DNA of 51,981 nt from NCBI GenBank assembly GCA_030430915.1, contig JAUIKH010000001.1:1-51981 (forward strand), in the 5' to 3' direction. This stretch comes from a bacterium (lineage in GTDB: Bacteria; Patescibacteriota; Saccharimonadia; Saccharimonadales; SZUA-47). The first letter of the stretch is position 1; each line of letters opens with the position of its first letter. A program made the position numbers and the translations under genes. Shown piece by piece: positions 37,047-45,930 of the stretch. The notes beneath the pieces are model-generated. The model did no database searches, was not told the origin of the DNA, and saw only the letters and a list, made by a program, of their open reading frames with translations.

Positions 37047-38003
37047 ATGTGTCGTACAATAAAATTAATGAGCCAAGACAAAAAACAATTTTCAAAACTA
37101 AAAACCGACTTTCTAGAATACTTAGAAATTGAACAAAACAGATCACAAAAAACTATCCAGAACTATGACCATTACTTAACTAGGCTTATAGATTATGCAG
37201 GAGACATTAATATTTCAGAAATTGACCCTGAGTTAATCCGTAAATGGCGCCTATGGCTTAACAGGCTAGGCACTAATACATCAGATGAGCTACGCAAGAA
37301 CACCCAGAACTACCATCTGATAGCCTTACGTAGTTTTTTACGCTTCTGTGCTAAAAGAGGCGTAGAAGCTATGCCAGCAGATAAGATTGAGTTAGCAAAA
37401 TCTGCACGTAAACAAGTTACTTTCCTGAACCCTGAAGAACTAGAAAGACTATTTAATGCACCGAAAATTGATAAGGATATAGGCTTGCGTGACCGTGCCA
37501 TTTTAGAGCTGCTGTTCTCTAGTGGACTGCGTGTGTCTGAGTTAGTCGGCTTGGATAAAGATGACGTAAATTTAAAACGTAAAGAATTCATGGTAAGAGG
37601 TAAAGGCCAGAAAGACCGGCCAATATTTATTAGTGATGCAGCAGCCTGGTGGCTTAAACAATACTTAGACAAGCGTACAGACAACTCTAAGCCACTGTTC
37701 ATACGCTACAGCGGAAACAAAAAGGTTTCAACCAGTGGCAATTACTACAGACTTACGGTCAGGAGTGTTCAGAGGCTAGTCGCCAGATATGCGAAGCTAG
37801 CTGGAATAACGAAACATGTCAGCCCTCATACCTTACGTCACAGCTTTGCAACTGATTTATTAATGAATGGTGCAGACTTGCGCTCCGTTCAAGCCATGCT
37901 AGGCCATAGTAATATTTCAACTACTCAAATATACACACATATAACGGACCCACACCTAAAAAGTGTCCATGAAAAATTCCACAGTAAAAAAATTATTGAC
38001 TAA
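37047..38003 (+). CDS. tyrosine recombinase XerC/XerD family
   Basis: 318-aa ORF (or a start at ATG 37068). SAM-like N-domain. Catalytic pattern: LFSSGLRVSEL (R), HTLRHSFAT (H-x-x-R), LGHSNISTTQIYTH (H..Y). Confidence 0.85.
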   Translation: MCRTIKLMSQDKKQFSKLKTDFLEYLEIEQNRSQKTIQNYDHYLTRLIDYAGDINISEIDPELIRKWRLWLNRLGTNTSDELRKNTQNYHLIALRSFLRFCAKRGVEAMPADKIELAKSARKQVTFLNPEELERLFNAPKIDKDIGLRDRAILELLFSSGLRVSELVGLDKDDVNLKRKEFMVRGKGQKDRPIFISDAAAWWLKQYLDKRTDNSKPLFIRYSGNKKVSTSGNYYRLTVRSVQRLVARYAKLAGITKHVSPHTLRHSFATDLLMNGADLRSVQAMLGHSNISTTQIYTHITDPHLKSVHEKFHSKKIID

Positions 38004-39613
38004 GGGTATCTTTTATATTTCCAGCTACCATCACTGGCTCTTCCGTTACAAATACCTTCTCCAGTTATAGGGTTTGGTGCATCGTTAGCTTTTCCTCTTG
38101 GTAAATAAACTTCGGTTTCATCAAATTCCTGATCGTTGACAAATCCTGCTGCCTGAGAAAAACGCATAGTTAATTTAGGTTTGAATATCCAGCAACCTTG
38201 GTCACCATTAGTACTTAGTATTAATGATTGCCATCCTCTTGAATCATTTGGTGGATTATAGTCATGGCTAACCCATTCACCATTAGTACATGCGTTGTCT
38301 GTTGGGCCATAGTCATTACTCGTACCATCGCCCCATTCCCATGTGCAGCCCGTTACTACGCCTGCGGGATTCACTGAAGCATTCATGAATGATGCAGACC
38401 AATTAAAATCTGGAGCATTTGGATCTGGAGTACCATTTCCGCATCCAGGTGGACGTGGTGTTGACGTGCAACCACCAATCCCAGCATTACCGAGTCTGGT
38501 AGTAGGTGCCGATGAACTTGGAGGGGTTTCAGATATTGTATAGGTAGTACTACCTAGCACACCACTACATAAATCATTTACTGACTCATTGCCTGACTCT
38601 GTATTGACCTCTAGTAGTTTACATATACCTGCAAAAGATTGCAGTACAGCTTCTGGTGGATTCTCGACAGAACTAAACGGCGCGTTTATCTGTAGTCTTC
38701 TTACTACATCATTAGCTCTTGCTGTAACATCTATTTTTATCTGTGCCCCAACAAACTCCGCATCACCACTTGCCGTAGTGCCTGAGATATTAACACTAGC
38801 ATTTTCATATACAGGCTTAATCCTAGCTAAGTAACTGTCGGAGCTTAAATCTCCTGTACTTATTGCAACATCACAGGTACCTAAATTTGTGCAATAAACA
38901 GGTACTACATCTCCTCTGGTGTCTTTATCGATAGTATATGTGCCAGGATTACCACCTCCCCCGCCACGACATGGCGCAAGATACATGTACTCTGAATTAC
39001 TTAATAAACTTGCCCTGCTATATGTAGATGTATTTGTTAAATCTATCTTAAGTAACGGCATTGTTCCGCCTCTAGTAGGTGGGAATTCACCTGCATTATC
39101 GCATTCAGGCAATGTTGCAGTTGTATTTAAATTATCATCGGAATTACTCCAAGAAATATTTAGTGTCGAGTAAGCTCCAGAGCTTGACTTCAACTCGACT
39201 AGTTTTGATTCTGATGAGCTAACATCATACTTAAGTTCTTTTGGAGACTGATCATATAGCACACAGCTATATTGAATCTGACCCGCTCCTCCGTCTATAT
39301 CTGTTTCAGCAGAAGTAAAAAGAGGTCTAACCGTTCCATCACTTGAAACATCATCCTCTGGGTTACAGCCTGTTTTTTCATCGTCGTATAAACCAGGGTT
39401 ACTTAAAATTTTTGAATAAACCTCGTTTGCTGCTGACTCCGAAGCATACAGGGCTTGACGGCTTAACTGTCTATCAAGAGCCTGGCGTTGCTCGCGCTGC
39501 ATTATTCTAGTGAATCCCAATGTTATCAAAGCAAGAATTACCATTATTATAGACGCCACAAATATAGCAACTACACCAGATTGCTTATTTTTTAGCCCCA
39601 AACTCTTTTTCAT
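38000..39613 (-). CDS. large pilus-associated protein (PilX-N-like anchor, PKD-like C-terminal region); putative tip or minor pilin
   Basis: 537-aa ORF. N-terminal hydrophobic helix SGVVAIFVASIIMVILALITLGFTRIM. Cys-rich, Gly/Ser/Thr-rich body. CTWEWGDGTS (PKD-like W-x-x-GDG). Last gene of the pilin operon. Confidence 0.6.
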   Translation of the reverse strand: MKKSLGLKNKQSGVVAIFVASIIMVILALITLGFTRIMQREQRQALDRQLSRQALYASESAANEVYSKILSNPGLYDDEKTGCNPEDDVSSDGTVRPLFTSAETDIDGGAGQIQYSCVLYDQSPKELKYDVSSSESKLVELKSSSGAYSTLNISWSNSDDNLNTTATLPECDNAGEFPPTRGGTMPLLKIDLTNTSTYSRASLLSNSEYMYLAPCRGGGGGNPGTYTIDKDTRGDVVPVYCTNLGTCDVAISTGDLSSDSYLARIKPVYENASVNISGTTASGDAEFVGAQIKIDVTARANDVVRRLQINAPFSSVENPPEAVLQSFAGICKLLEVNTESGNESVNDLCSGVLGSTTYTISETPPSSSAPTTRLGNAGIGGCTSTPRPPGCGNGTPDPNAPDFNWSASFMNASVNPAGVVTGCTWEWGDGTSNDYGPTDNACTNGEWVSHDYNPPNDSRGWQSLILSTNGDQGCWIFKPKLTMRFSQAAGFVNDQEFDETEVYLPRGKANDAPNPITGEGICNGRASDGSWKYKRYP

Positions 39614-39620
39614 AAGCGTA

Positions 39621-40331
39621 TTATAACCTCTTTCCTACTATTAATGAAATGGAAGATTTAGCACAAAATTCTGCTCCTGCAAATGCCGCTCTACACACTT
39701 TAGTATCGTCTATGGAGTCGTTGTCTGTATCAATAAACTCCATTAAATCCTCGTCTCCATACATTACCTCTACATCTATTCTGTAAAGGTCAGTTGAACC
39801 AAACCTTTCTACACTAAATTTAGTTAGGCGCATATTCTCAGAAAGTAATTCTACGCCATCTGTAGCTCCTGTTCCTGCAGAAGGATTACCTGTCGCGTCA
39901 TCTAAGTTAGCAGGGTTTAAGCTACAGTTTGCAACATCTGGTTGATCGACCCATAATACATGGCGCTTCTCTTTGGTACCACCAGCAGGATTATCCTTTA
40001 GTTGGCGATCAATCGCGAATGTGTATCGCTTAGACCCAATACAAATTACGTCTGTGTCGGTAATGCCAACATCAATGTTCGGTCCTGCTATTGGTGTCAT
40101 AGGCAGAGAAACCGCATCATTAGAAAACCTGATAGACTCACCTATTTCTTCGACCACCAGTCTAGCTGCTTCTTGAGTCCTAGCCTGATTTACTCCTTTG
40201 TAGTACATCTTTGTAATTTGCAATATTCCAGCAATGCATAGCATTAAAACTAGAGAGAAAATGGCTGTAGATATCATTAACTCAATTATTGTGAAGCCCT
40301 TTTGTGTTTTTTTAAGTTTAAGTTTATGCAT
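39621..40331 (-). CDS. minor pilin with prepilin-type N-terminal cleavage/methylation signal (PilW-like)
   Basis: 236-aa ORF with KKTQKGFTIIELMISTAIFSLVL (G|F, Glu at +5). Confidence 0.75.
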   Translation of the reverse strand: MHKLKLKKTQKGFTIIELMISTAIFSLVLMLCIAGILQITKMYYKGVNQARTQEAARLVVEEIGESIRFSNDAVSLPMTPIAGPNIDVGITDTDVICIGSKRYTFAIDRQLKDNPAGGTKEKRHVLWVDQPDVANCSLNPANLDDATGNPSAGTGATDGVELLSENMRLTKFSVERFGSTDLYRIDVEVMYGDEDLMEFIDTDNDSIDDTKVCRAAFAGAEFCAKSSISLIVGKRL

Positions 40332-40810
40332 TAAAAAACTCCCGGTCTATAGTATAGTTGCAATTCTTCGTCTACACCTCCACCACCAACCCTTTCCCAT
40401 ACAACACTTACCCTATAGGTGCCACTGGGTGGCGTAGTTGCTGGTACTGTTGGTACTGGTACAATTGCAACATTATAAAACCCGTCTCCTCCATTACCGT
40501 TCGTAGTAGCACAAACGTCATTAGTGTTTATATCCAGCTCAACTCCAGTGGAGCTGATAGGGTTTACGCCGGTGTTAATGCAAAAATCATCAGTACCTGA
40601 AAAATCAGGAAAAGATATACCAGCCTTACTATAGGCTTTCAATAGTTCCAGCTGTGTTTCGGCTATCTTTAGTGCCTCTGTTCTTTCTTGAGCGGCTCTA
40701 CCTGTTGCTAAACTCCGATTAGCTATGCCAAATGCCGCACCAAGCATTATTCCAATTACTGCCATGGCTATTAAAACTTCAACTATTGTGTCGCCTCGTT
40801 GTTTACTCAT
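40331..40810 (-). CDS. minor pilin (PilV-like) with prepilin-type signal
   Basis: 159-aa ORF with KQRGDTIVEVLIAMAVIGIML. The start/stop overlaps the next gene. Confidence 0.7.
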   Translation of the reverse strand: MSKQRGDTIVEVLIAMAVIGIMLGAAFGIANRSLATGRAAQERTEALKIAETQLELLKAYSKAGISFPDFSGTDDFCINTGVNPISSTGVELDINTNDVCATTNGNGGDGFYNVAIVPVPTVPATTPPSGTYRVSVVWERVGGGGVDEELQLYYRPGVF

Positions 40811-40813
40811 AGT

Positions 40814-41647
40814 TTAATCACACCTCGTATCGTAATCATCTATTTTTAAAACCGTGGTAGTACTACTGCCGCCTCCAATAGTAACTGATGCTTTCTTGTT
40901 GGTATTTGATGCATCTTCAAGACAGATTATCACTGCTTTACTTACATCTATAGAATTAAATCCGCTCACCCCTTCGATTGGGTTCATTTTACTAACAGCG
41001 TCTGTTCTTGACTCCCCAATACTAGTTGTTGGCACGCCGCCACTGAGCACAGACTGAGATAGGTTTGTGCTGGCTCGTAAGCTACTTCCTTCAAAATTAG
41101 ATAAAATTGCTACTGTACCGAATTCTTCTGGGGTTAAATTGTCATTAAAAACCTTAGTCACCTTTAGACCAAACCTTGTGCTTGCCTCCTCGACCATGCC
41201 TGGAATATCAGCTGCCACGGGCTTAGTCTGATCAATAGTCGTTGCTATTACATCTGGGTCTGAGGTATTCACATATCTTCTACCCGCCAGATTATATATT
41301 AAAAATTCATCTTCTTCTCCGTCTGGAGCAAATTGTATGGCTTTACCAACATACAGGCATTGGTTATTTGAACCAACCAAAGAAGCTCCTCCTGAATCGG
41401 AAATATTAGGTTTGTCAGCGTTTGGAGCAGTGCAGTTTACTTGTGCTTCGAATGGGTAATAACCAGTTGTAACATCATTCATAACATCACGTATTTTGGC
41501 ATCAAATTCTCGTACGCTTTGGGCAAATTGAACTTGTTGTTGTCGCCCATTAATTGCAACTATTGCCCCAACAAAAATAAGCCCTGATGCAGCAATAAAA
41601 ATCATTACCTCGATTATCGAAAAGCCCGCACCCTTGTTACCTATCAT
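40814..41647 (-). CDS. minor pilin (FimT/GspH-like) with prepilin-type signal
   Basis: 277-aa ORF with NKGAGFSIIEVMIFIAASGLIF. Confidence 0.7.
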   Translation of the reverse strand: MIGNKGAGFSIIEVMIFIAASGLIFVGAIVAINGRQQQVQFAQSVREFDAKIRDVMNDVTTGYYPFEAQVNCTAPNADKPNISDSGGASLVGSNNQCLYVGKAIQFAPDGEEDEFLIYNLAGRRYVNTSDPDVIATTIDQTKPVAADIPGMVEEASTRFGLKVTKVFNDNLTPEEFGTVAILSNFEGSSLRASTNLSQSVLSGGVPTTSIGESRTDAVSKMNPIEGVSGFNSIDVSKAVIICLEDASNTNKKASVTIGGGSSTTTVLKIDDYDTRCD

Positions 41648-41699
41648 AGATTTCAGTATACCATAAGCTCAATCAGTCACCGCCCCTGAATTTACCCAC

Positions 41700-41734
41700 C
41701 CCTACTGTACAAGGTCGGACCTTGTACAGTAGGG
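41700..41734. repeat. 35-bp palindrome, copy 1 of the CTACTGTACAAGG element
   Basis: CCCTACTGTACAAGGTC-G-GACCTTGTACAGTAGGG with 17-bp arms. It lies 27 nt downstream of the pilD stop. Confidence 0.95.
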
Positions 41735-41760
41735 TGTGATTTTCTTTCAGGATGACTGTT

Positions 41761-42591
41761 CTACAAGTATAGGAAGGTGCTGGTGTACCAATCTAATAAA
41801 CTTTGACCGAATAGGAAGCTGAAATATAAACCTAATATTAGAAATGGTCCGAACGGGATTTTCAGTTTTAATTTTTTTTTGCTATGAATTAGCATAGGCA
41901 AAGCCAAAATTAGTCCTAACATCGAGGCAAAAAACAAGCATAGCCATGCCAAGAACGGGTTAGCCAGAAACAAACCAATTGCTACACCTAATCGCACATC
42001 TCCATCACCTATCCATTTGCCGTCCGATACGACGTGTAAAAACCAGAACAGACCAGCTGACACCAATAGCGACAAGATAGTCGCCGTGATTGCTTCAATT
42101 AAGCCTTGAGTGTTAACAAAATAGCTAATGATTCTATATGCTAGTGCTGTGTAGATTAGTGGATAAACTAGCTTGTTAGGTAGCAAGTACCAGCGTATAT
42201 CAAAAACTATTAACGCAGACATCAGCACCAAACCAAATAACCATATTACAAACAACGATAATGCCAGTCCGCTAATCTCATATGGGAAATAGAGGTAAGA
42301 AAACAAAAACGCCAAGCCTGTGAATAGCTCAACTAATGGATAGAATACCGATAATTTTTTCTTACAATATCGACACTTGCCAGCTGTTGATAACCAGCTA
42401 AGAATTGGTATTAAATCAATTACAGATAGTTTATGCTTGCAGAAATCACACTTGGACCTGCCCTTTACCCAGTCTTTTTTAGCTTTCATGCGATCTACCA
42501 TCGCCAGAGCAAAGCTACCGAAACACAGCCCAATAATGAATAAGTAGATAGAAATAGCTGTTTGCATAAGAACTATACTACCAGAAATCAC
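41761..42591 (-). CDS. pilD: prepilin peptidase / N-methyltransferase (peptidase A24)
   Basis: 276-aa ORF from GTG 42591. ATG 42567 (MQTAISIYLFIIGLCFGSF) is the more likely start. CDFCKHKL..CRYCKKKL Zn-finger pairs, GDGDVRLG, polytopic. Confidence 0.88.
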   Translation of the reverse strand: MISGSIVLMQTAISIYLFIIGLCFGSFALAMVDRMKAKKDWVKGRSKCDFCKHKLSVIDLIPILSWLSTAGKCRYCKKKLSVFYPLVELFTGLAFLFSYLYFPYEISGLALSLFVIWLFGLVLMSALIVFDIRWYLLPNKLVYPLIYTALAYRIISYFVNTQGLIEAITATILSLLVSAGLFWFLHVVSDGKWIGDGDVRLGVAIGLFLANPFLAWLCLFFASMLGLILALPMLIHSKKKLKLKIPFGPFLILGLYFSFLFGQSLLDWYTSTFLYL

Positions 42592-42601
42592 TAAGCCACG
42601 C

Positions 42602-42634
42602 TCTACTGTACAAGGAACGTCCTTGTACAGTAGA
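42602..42634. repeat. 33-bp palindrome, copy 2 of the CTACTGTACAAGG element
   Basis: TCTACTGTACAAGGA-ACG-TCCTTGTACAGTAGA with 15-bp arms. It lies 11-35 nt upstream of the pilD start and shares the 13-nt arm core with 41700-41734. Confidence 0.95.
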
Positions 42635-42697
42635 TTGATTTATATTTGAGCTTGTTGATTATGGGAGATGGTTAAAGAGTTTTTAGGGCAAAATTAA

Positions 42698-42722
42698 AAG
42701 ACGCCCTTATATGGGCGCCTTT
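42698..42722 (-). terminator. intrinsic terminator after the major pilin gene
   Basis: Minus strand reads AAAAAAGGCGCCC-ATATAA-GGGCGTC-TTTTAATTTT, a GC stem plus T-tract ~25 nt after the pilin stop. Confidence 0.65.
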
Positions 42723-42746
42723 TTTAGTCAGAATAATTAATCTATT

Positions 42747-43286
42747 CTACTGAGTATCTAGGCAGTAGTATGCACCACCTTCGAGCTGCGTCCATATCGC
42801 AAAAGCTCTACCACTACCTGGCTGATCAACAATTGTCTCTCCATCACAACTTGCCTCTTCCTGGTATATGGCTGACCCGACGTCAGAAGGTGTAGTAGGA
42901 ACGCCTGTTACAGTTCCTTGTGATGAAAATGTGGTTGTAATACCAGTTCCTGTAGTAGGGTCTTCAACATTTATATTACAACTTGTCAGTGTTGTACCGT
43001 CACTTGCATCGGCACTACTTCCGCATCCTATGTACCTATCATACACATCATCTAAATCACTATCAGATTCCGGTATATTACCATTATTATTTCCGGCATA
43101 ATTTTGAATTTCAGATGTTAATCTTGCTAGTGTTGCCTGCCGTGCTTGGTTACGTTGGTTTCTCTGCAATTGTGGAATTGCAATCAGTACCACAACCAGA
43201 ATCAGACCGGCTATAGCCAATACAATCATGACTTCGATAATTGTGAAGCCTGATTCTTTTTTCTTATTTAATAAATTTTTTAGCAT
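42747..43286 (-). CDS. pilA: major type IV pilin
   Basis: 179-aa ORF. KKKESGFTIIEVMIVLAIAGLILVVVLIAIPQL (class III signal, G|F, E+5). C-terminal Cys pair. Strong SD GGGGGA, its own terminator, and an intergenic promoter region. Confidence 0.85.
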   Translation of the reverse strand: MLKNLLNKKKESGFTIIEVMIVLAIAGLILVVVLIAIPQLQRNQRNQARQATLARLTSEIQNYAGNNNGNIPESDSDLDDVYDRYIGCGSSADASDGTTLTSCNINVEDPTTGTGITTTFSSQGTVTGVPTTPSDVGSAIYQEEASCDGETIVDQPGSGRAFAIWTQLEGGAYYCLDTQ

Positions 43287-43310
43287 TCTTTCCCCCTTTT
43301 AAATTGTGCG

Positions 43311-43335
43311 AATGTTAACATAATGTTAATGTTAA
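43311..43335. promoter_or_regulatory. three AATGTTAA repeats (one pair forms a 15-bp palindrome) in the pilin promoter region
   Basis: AATGTTAA at 43311, 43322 and 43328. TTAACAT-A-ATGTTAA at 43315-43329 is a perfect palindrome. The cluster lies 25-50 nt upstream of the pilin ATG (43286). Confidence 0.5.
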
Positions 43336-43387
43336 GCCCTTTTATAAAAAAACACAAGCGTTTTATGAGCTTTTTTCTAATCTATCT

Positions 43388-44602
43388 TTAATTAAATGCG
43401 TCTGTACCTACCAATCCGTAAATTGGCAAAAGTATAGCGCTCACCAATATAATGGCAACTACACCTAAAACAACCATCAAAACAGGCTCTATTATGGTAG
43501 AAATGGTCTTGATCTGATTATCTACTTCTTTCTCATAATAATCTGCTACTTTTTCCATCATTTGCTCTAGCGATCCAGAATCTTCACCAATCTTTAACAT
43601 CTTTGGCACTAAATCAATGAAGTTTTCATCACCTTCTAGTGCATCAGACAGCGCCTTACCACCCCTGACTTGACTGGTTGCTCTACTTAATGACTCTTCG
43701 ACATAATAGTTATTAATGGCCCTACCGGTGATTTCTAGAACCTGAATAAGCGGCACGCCACTGGCCACCAATGTTGTACCCGTGCGAGCAAATCTAGCCA
43801 TGTACATCTTTGAGAACAACGCACCAAATGGCCACATTGTTAGTTTGGCTTTATCTATAATCTTTTTACCGCCCAATGTTCTTGCCCATTTAGTAGTAGC
43901 AAACACAATCACACCAATGAAAATAAATATAAGCCACCAATACTTAACCATGAAGTCAGAAACTGCCAATAGCAACCTAGTCAATATTGGTAAGTTTGCC
44001 CCAGGGATACCGTTATATAGCTCTTTAACCTGAGGTAACACGCTAATCATCATGAATGTCACCACAGCTGCCATTACTAGAAGCACAATAATTGGATAAA
44101 TCATTGCACCACGCACTTTAGAGGCAAGCTCTGCGTCTTTTTCTTGCTGATTAGCAATACGTTCCAGTGCAGTGTCTAGGGTACCAGATGCCTCACCAGC
44201 TTCAACTAGACTTACAAATACCTGATCAAATACATCAGGGTAGCCTGCTAAACTAGCAGAGAATGATTTACCACCCTCTACATCTGCTATCACGCCAGTT
44301 AAAACACTCTGTAGCTTAGGGTTTTTGGTTTGATCTAGTACGGATCTCAGACTCTGAACCAAAGGCAAACCGGCATCTATCAGCGTAGAAAGCTGACGAG
44401 AAAATATAACTCTATCTTTAGCCTTTATTCGGCCCTGGAAATACCTAGACAAACCACTATTGCTAGCTTCTGTTACATCAAGAAGTGAATATCCTTGATT
44501 CTTAACAATATCCGCCACTGCCTTCTCACTGCCCGCTTGAACAGTTCCAGTTATAGTCTTACCAGTGGCTGTATCTCTAGCTTTATACTTATACTCAATC
44601 AT
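43388..44602 (-). CDS. pilC: type IV pilus platform protein PilC (GspF family)
   Basis: 404-aa ORF with two T2SS-F repeats (FSRQLSTLIDAGLPL.. and MARFARTGTTLVASGVPL..) and three TM segments. Confidence 0.92.
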   Translation of the reverse strand: MIEYKYKARDTATGKTITGTVQAGSEKAVADIVKNQGYSLLDVTEASNSGLSRYFQGRIKAKDRVIFSRQLSTLIDAGLPLVQSLRSVLDQTKNPKLQSVLTGVIADVEGGKSFSASLAGYPDVFDQVFVSLVEAGEASGTLDTALERIANQQEKDAELASKVRGAMIYPIIVLLVMAAVVTFMMISVLPQVKELYNGIPGANLPILTRLLLAVSDFMVKYWWLIFIFIGVIVFATTKWARTLGGKKIIDKAKLTMWPFGALFSKMYMARFARTGTTLVASGVPLIQVLEITGRAINNYYVEESLSRATSQVRGGKALSDALEGDENFIDLVPKMLKIGEDSGSLEQMMEKVADYYEKEVDNQIKTISTIIEPVLMVVLGVVAIILVSAILLPIYGLVGTDAFN

Positions 44603-44603
44603 C

Positions 44604-44816
44604 TTAAATATTTCCTGCTAATTTATTTAGATTTCCAACGTTTTGAAACTGCTTGGCTCTGATGTAGTTTTGCATTTTATTTGAGAAACGCAAAAGAGCC
44701 TTACTTATAGGTAAGGTGACTGCGTATCGGAAAATAAAATGTGAAAATACACAGAGAACACAAAATAATTCATTAACTTTGTTTATGATAAATTTTGTGA
44801 GTTCAAGTAGTTTCAT
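44604..44816 (-). CDS. possible small ORF filling the pilT-pilC gap exactly (doubtful)
   Basis: 70-aa ORF. The ATG lies 1 nt after the pilT stop and the stop lies 1 nt before the pilC ATG. The composition is hydrophobic and Phe/Asn/Lys-rich. No motif and no obvious SD. Confidence 0.3.
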   Translation of the reverse strand: MKLLELTKFIINKVNELFCVLCVFSHFIFRYAVTLPISKALLRFSNKMQNYIRAKQFQNVGNLNKLAGNI

Positions 44817-44817
44817 C

Positions 44818-45897
44818 TTAGCCTCTCATTAGTCTGTCTAATTCTTCTATATCCACCGCGTAGTTTCTAGCTTCATCATAACTAATAGTGCCCGCATGTA
44901 TCATACCTACCAGAGTCTTATCCATAGACTGCATTCCATATTCAGCACCTGTTTGTATGACTGCCTCTAATTGGTGAGTTTTGCCCTCTCGGATTATGTT
45001 ACGGACGGCTGGTGTTACAACCATAATTTCTGCTGCTGGCTGTCGTCCACCTCCGATTGTAGGTATAAGTCTCTGAGAACATATTGCCATTAATATATTG
45101 CTTAATTGAGCTCTAATTTGTGGTTGCTGGTGTGGAGGGAAAACATCAATCATACGGTCAATACTCTGAGCAGCTGAGTTGGTATGAAGCGTTGCAAAGA
45201 CAAGGTGACCAGTCTCAGCAATTGTAATGGCACTGGCAATAGTTTCTAGATCACGCATTTCTCCAATCAACACAACATCTGGGTCTTGTCGTAAGCTTGA
45301 CCTTAGTGCAGCTGAAAAAGAAAACGTATCGTAATGAACTTCTCTCTGTACAAATACAGATTTCTTAGACTTGTGTGTAAACTCCACTGGATCTTCAATT
45401 GTAATAATATGCTCGGCTCGTTCACTATTAATCCTGTCAATCATAGCCGCAAGAGTAGTCGACTTACCAGAACCAGTCGGGCCAGTAACTAACACCAATC
45501 CTCTAGGATATTCTGAAAATTTATTAACAACTGGCGGTAGACCTAATTGGTCAACAGTCAAAATCTCATTAGGAATTAGACGTAATGCTGCAGCTAAATT
45601 ACCGCGCTCATGAAATGCATTAACACGAAACCGACCAAGATCCCCAAAAGCAAATGAGAAGTCAAACTCTTTGTCTTTGAGCAATATTTGCTTCTGGTCA
45701 TCATCTAATATCGCAAATATAAGTGCCTCGACTGTCTCTTCAGTCAATACATCTGTCCCTGAAATAGGCCCCAATGCACCATCAATACGAAGCATCGGAG
45801 GCAAGCCCACCTGCAAATGAAGGTCTGATGCCTTTTTCTTAACTACCTCTTCTAAAAGAAGTTCAATTCTTGGTTTTGATGTAGAACTTGCTGCCAC
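44818..45897 (-). CDS. pilT: twitching-motility retraction ATPase PilT
   Basis: 359-aa ORF. Motifs: DLHLQVGLPPMLRIDG, Walker A GPTGSGKSTT, IITIEDPVEF, DPDVVLIGEMRD, ATLHTNSA, AVRNIIREGK. Confidence 0.93.
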   Translation of the reverse strand: MAASSTSKPRIELLLEEVVKKKASDLHLQVGLPPMLRIDGALGPISGTDVLTEETVEALIFAILDDDQKQILLKDKEFDFSFAFGDLGRFRVNAFHERGNLAAALRLIPNEILTVDQLGLPPVVNKFSEYPRGLVLVTGPTGSGKSTTLAAMIDRINSERAEHIITIEDPVEFTHKSKKSVFVQREVHYDTFSFSAALRSSLRQDPDVVLIGEMRDLETIASAITIAETGHLVFATLHTNSAAQSIDRMIDVFPPHQQPQIRAQLSNILMAICSQRLIPTIGGGRQPAAEIMVVTPAVRNIIREGKTHQLEAVIQTGAEYGMQSMDKTLVGMIHAGTISYDEARNYAVDIEELDRLMRG

Positions 45898-45930
45898 CCT
45901 TTTATCTCCTCATTGCTTTTTGATTTGTCA

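Noticed and set aside
36940-37146. 68-aa '-' ORF overlapping the ndk start and the xer start
   Set aside because: It overlaps two well-supported genes and their shared promoter region, and it is hydrophobic and low complexity.
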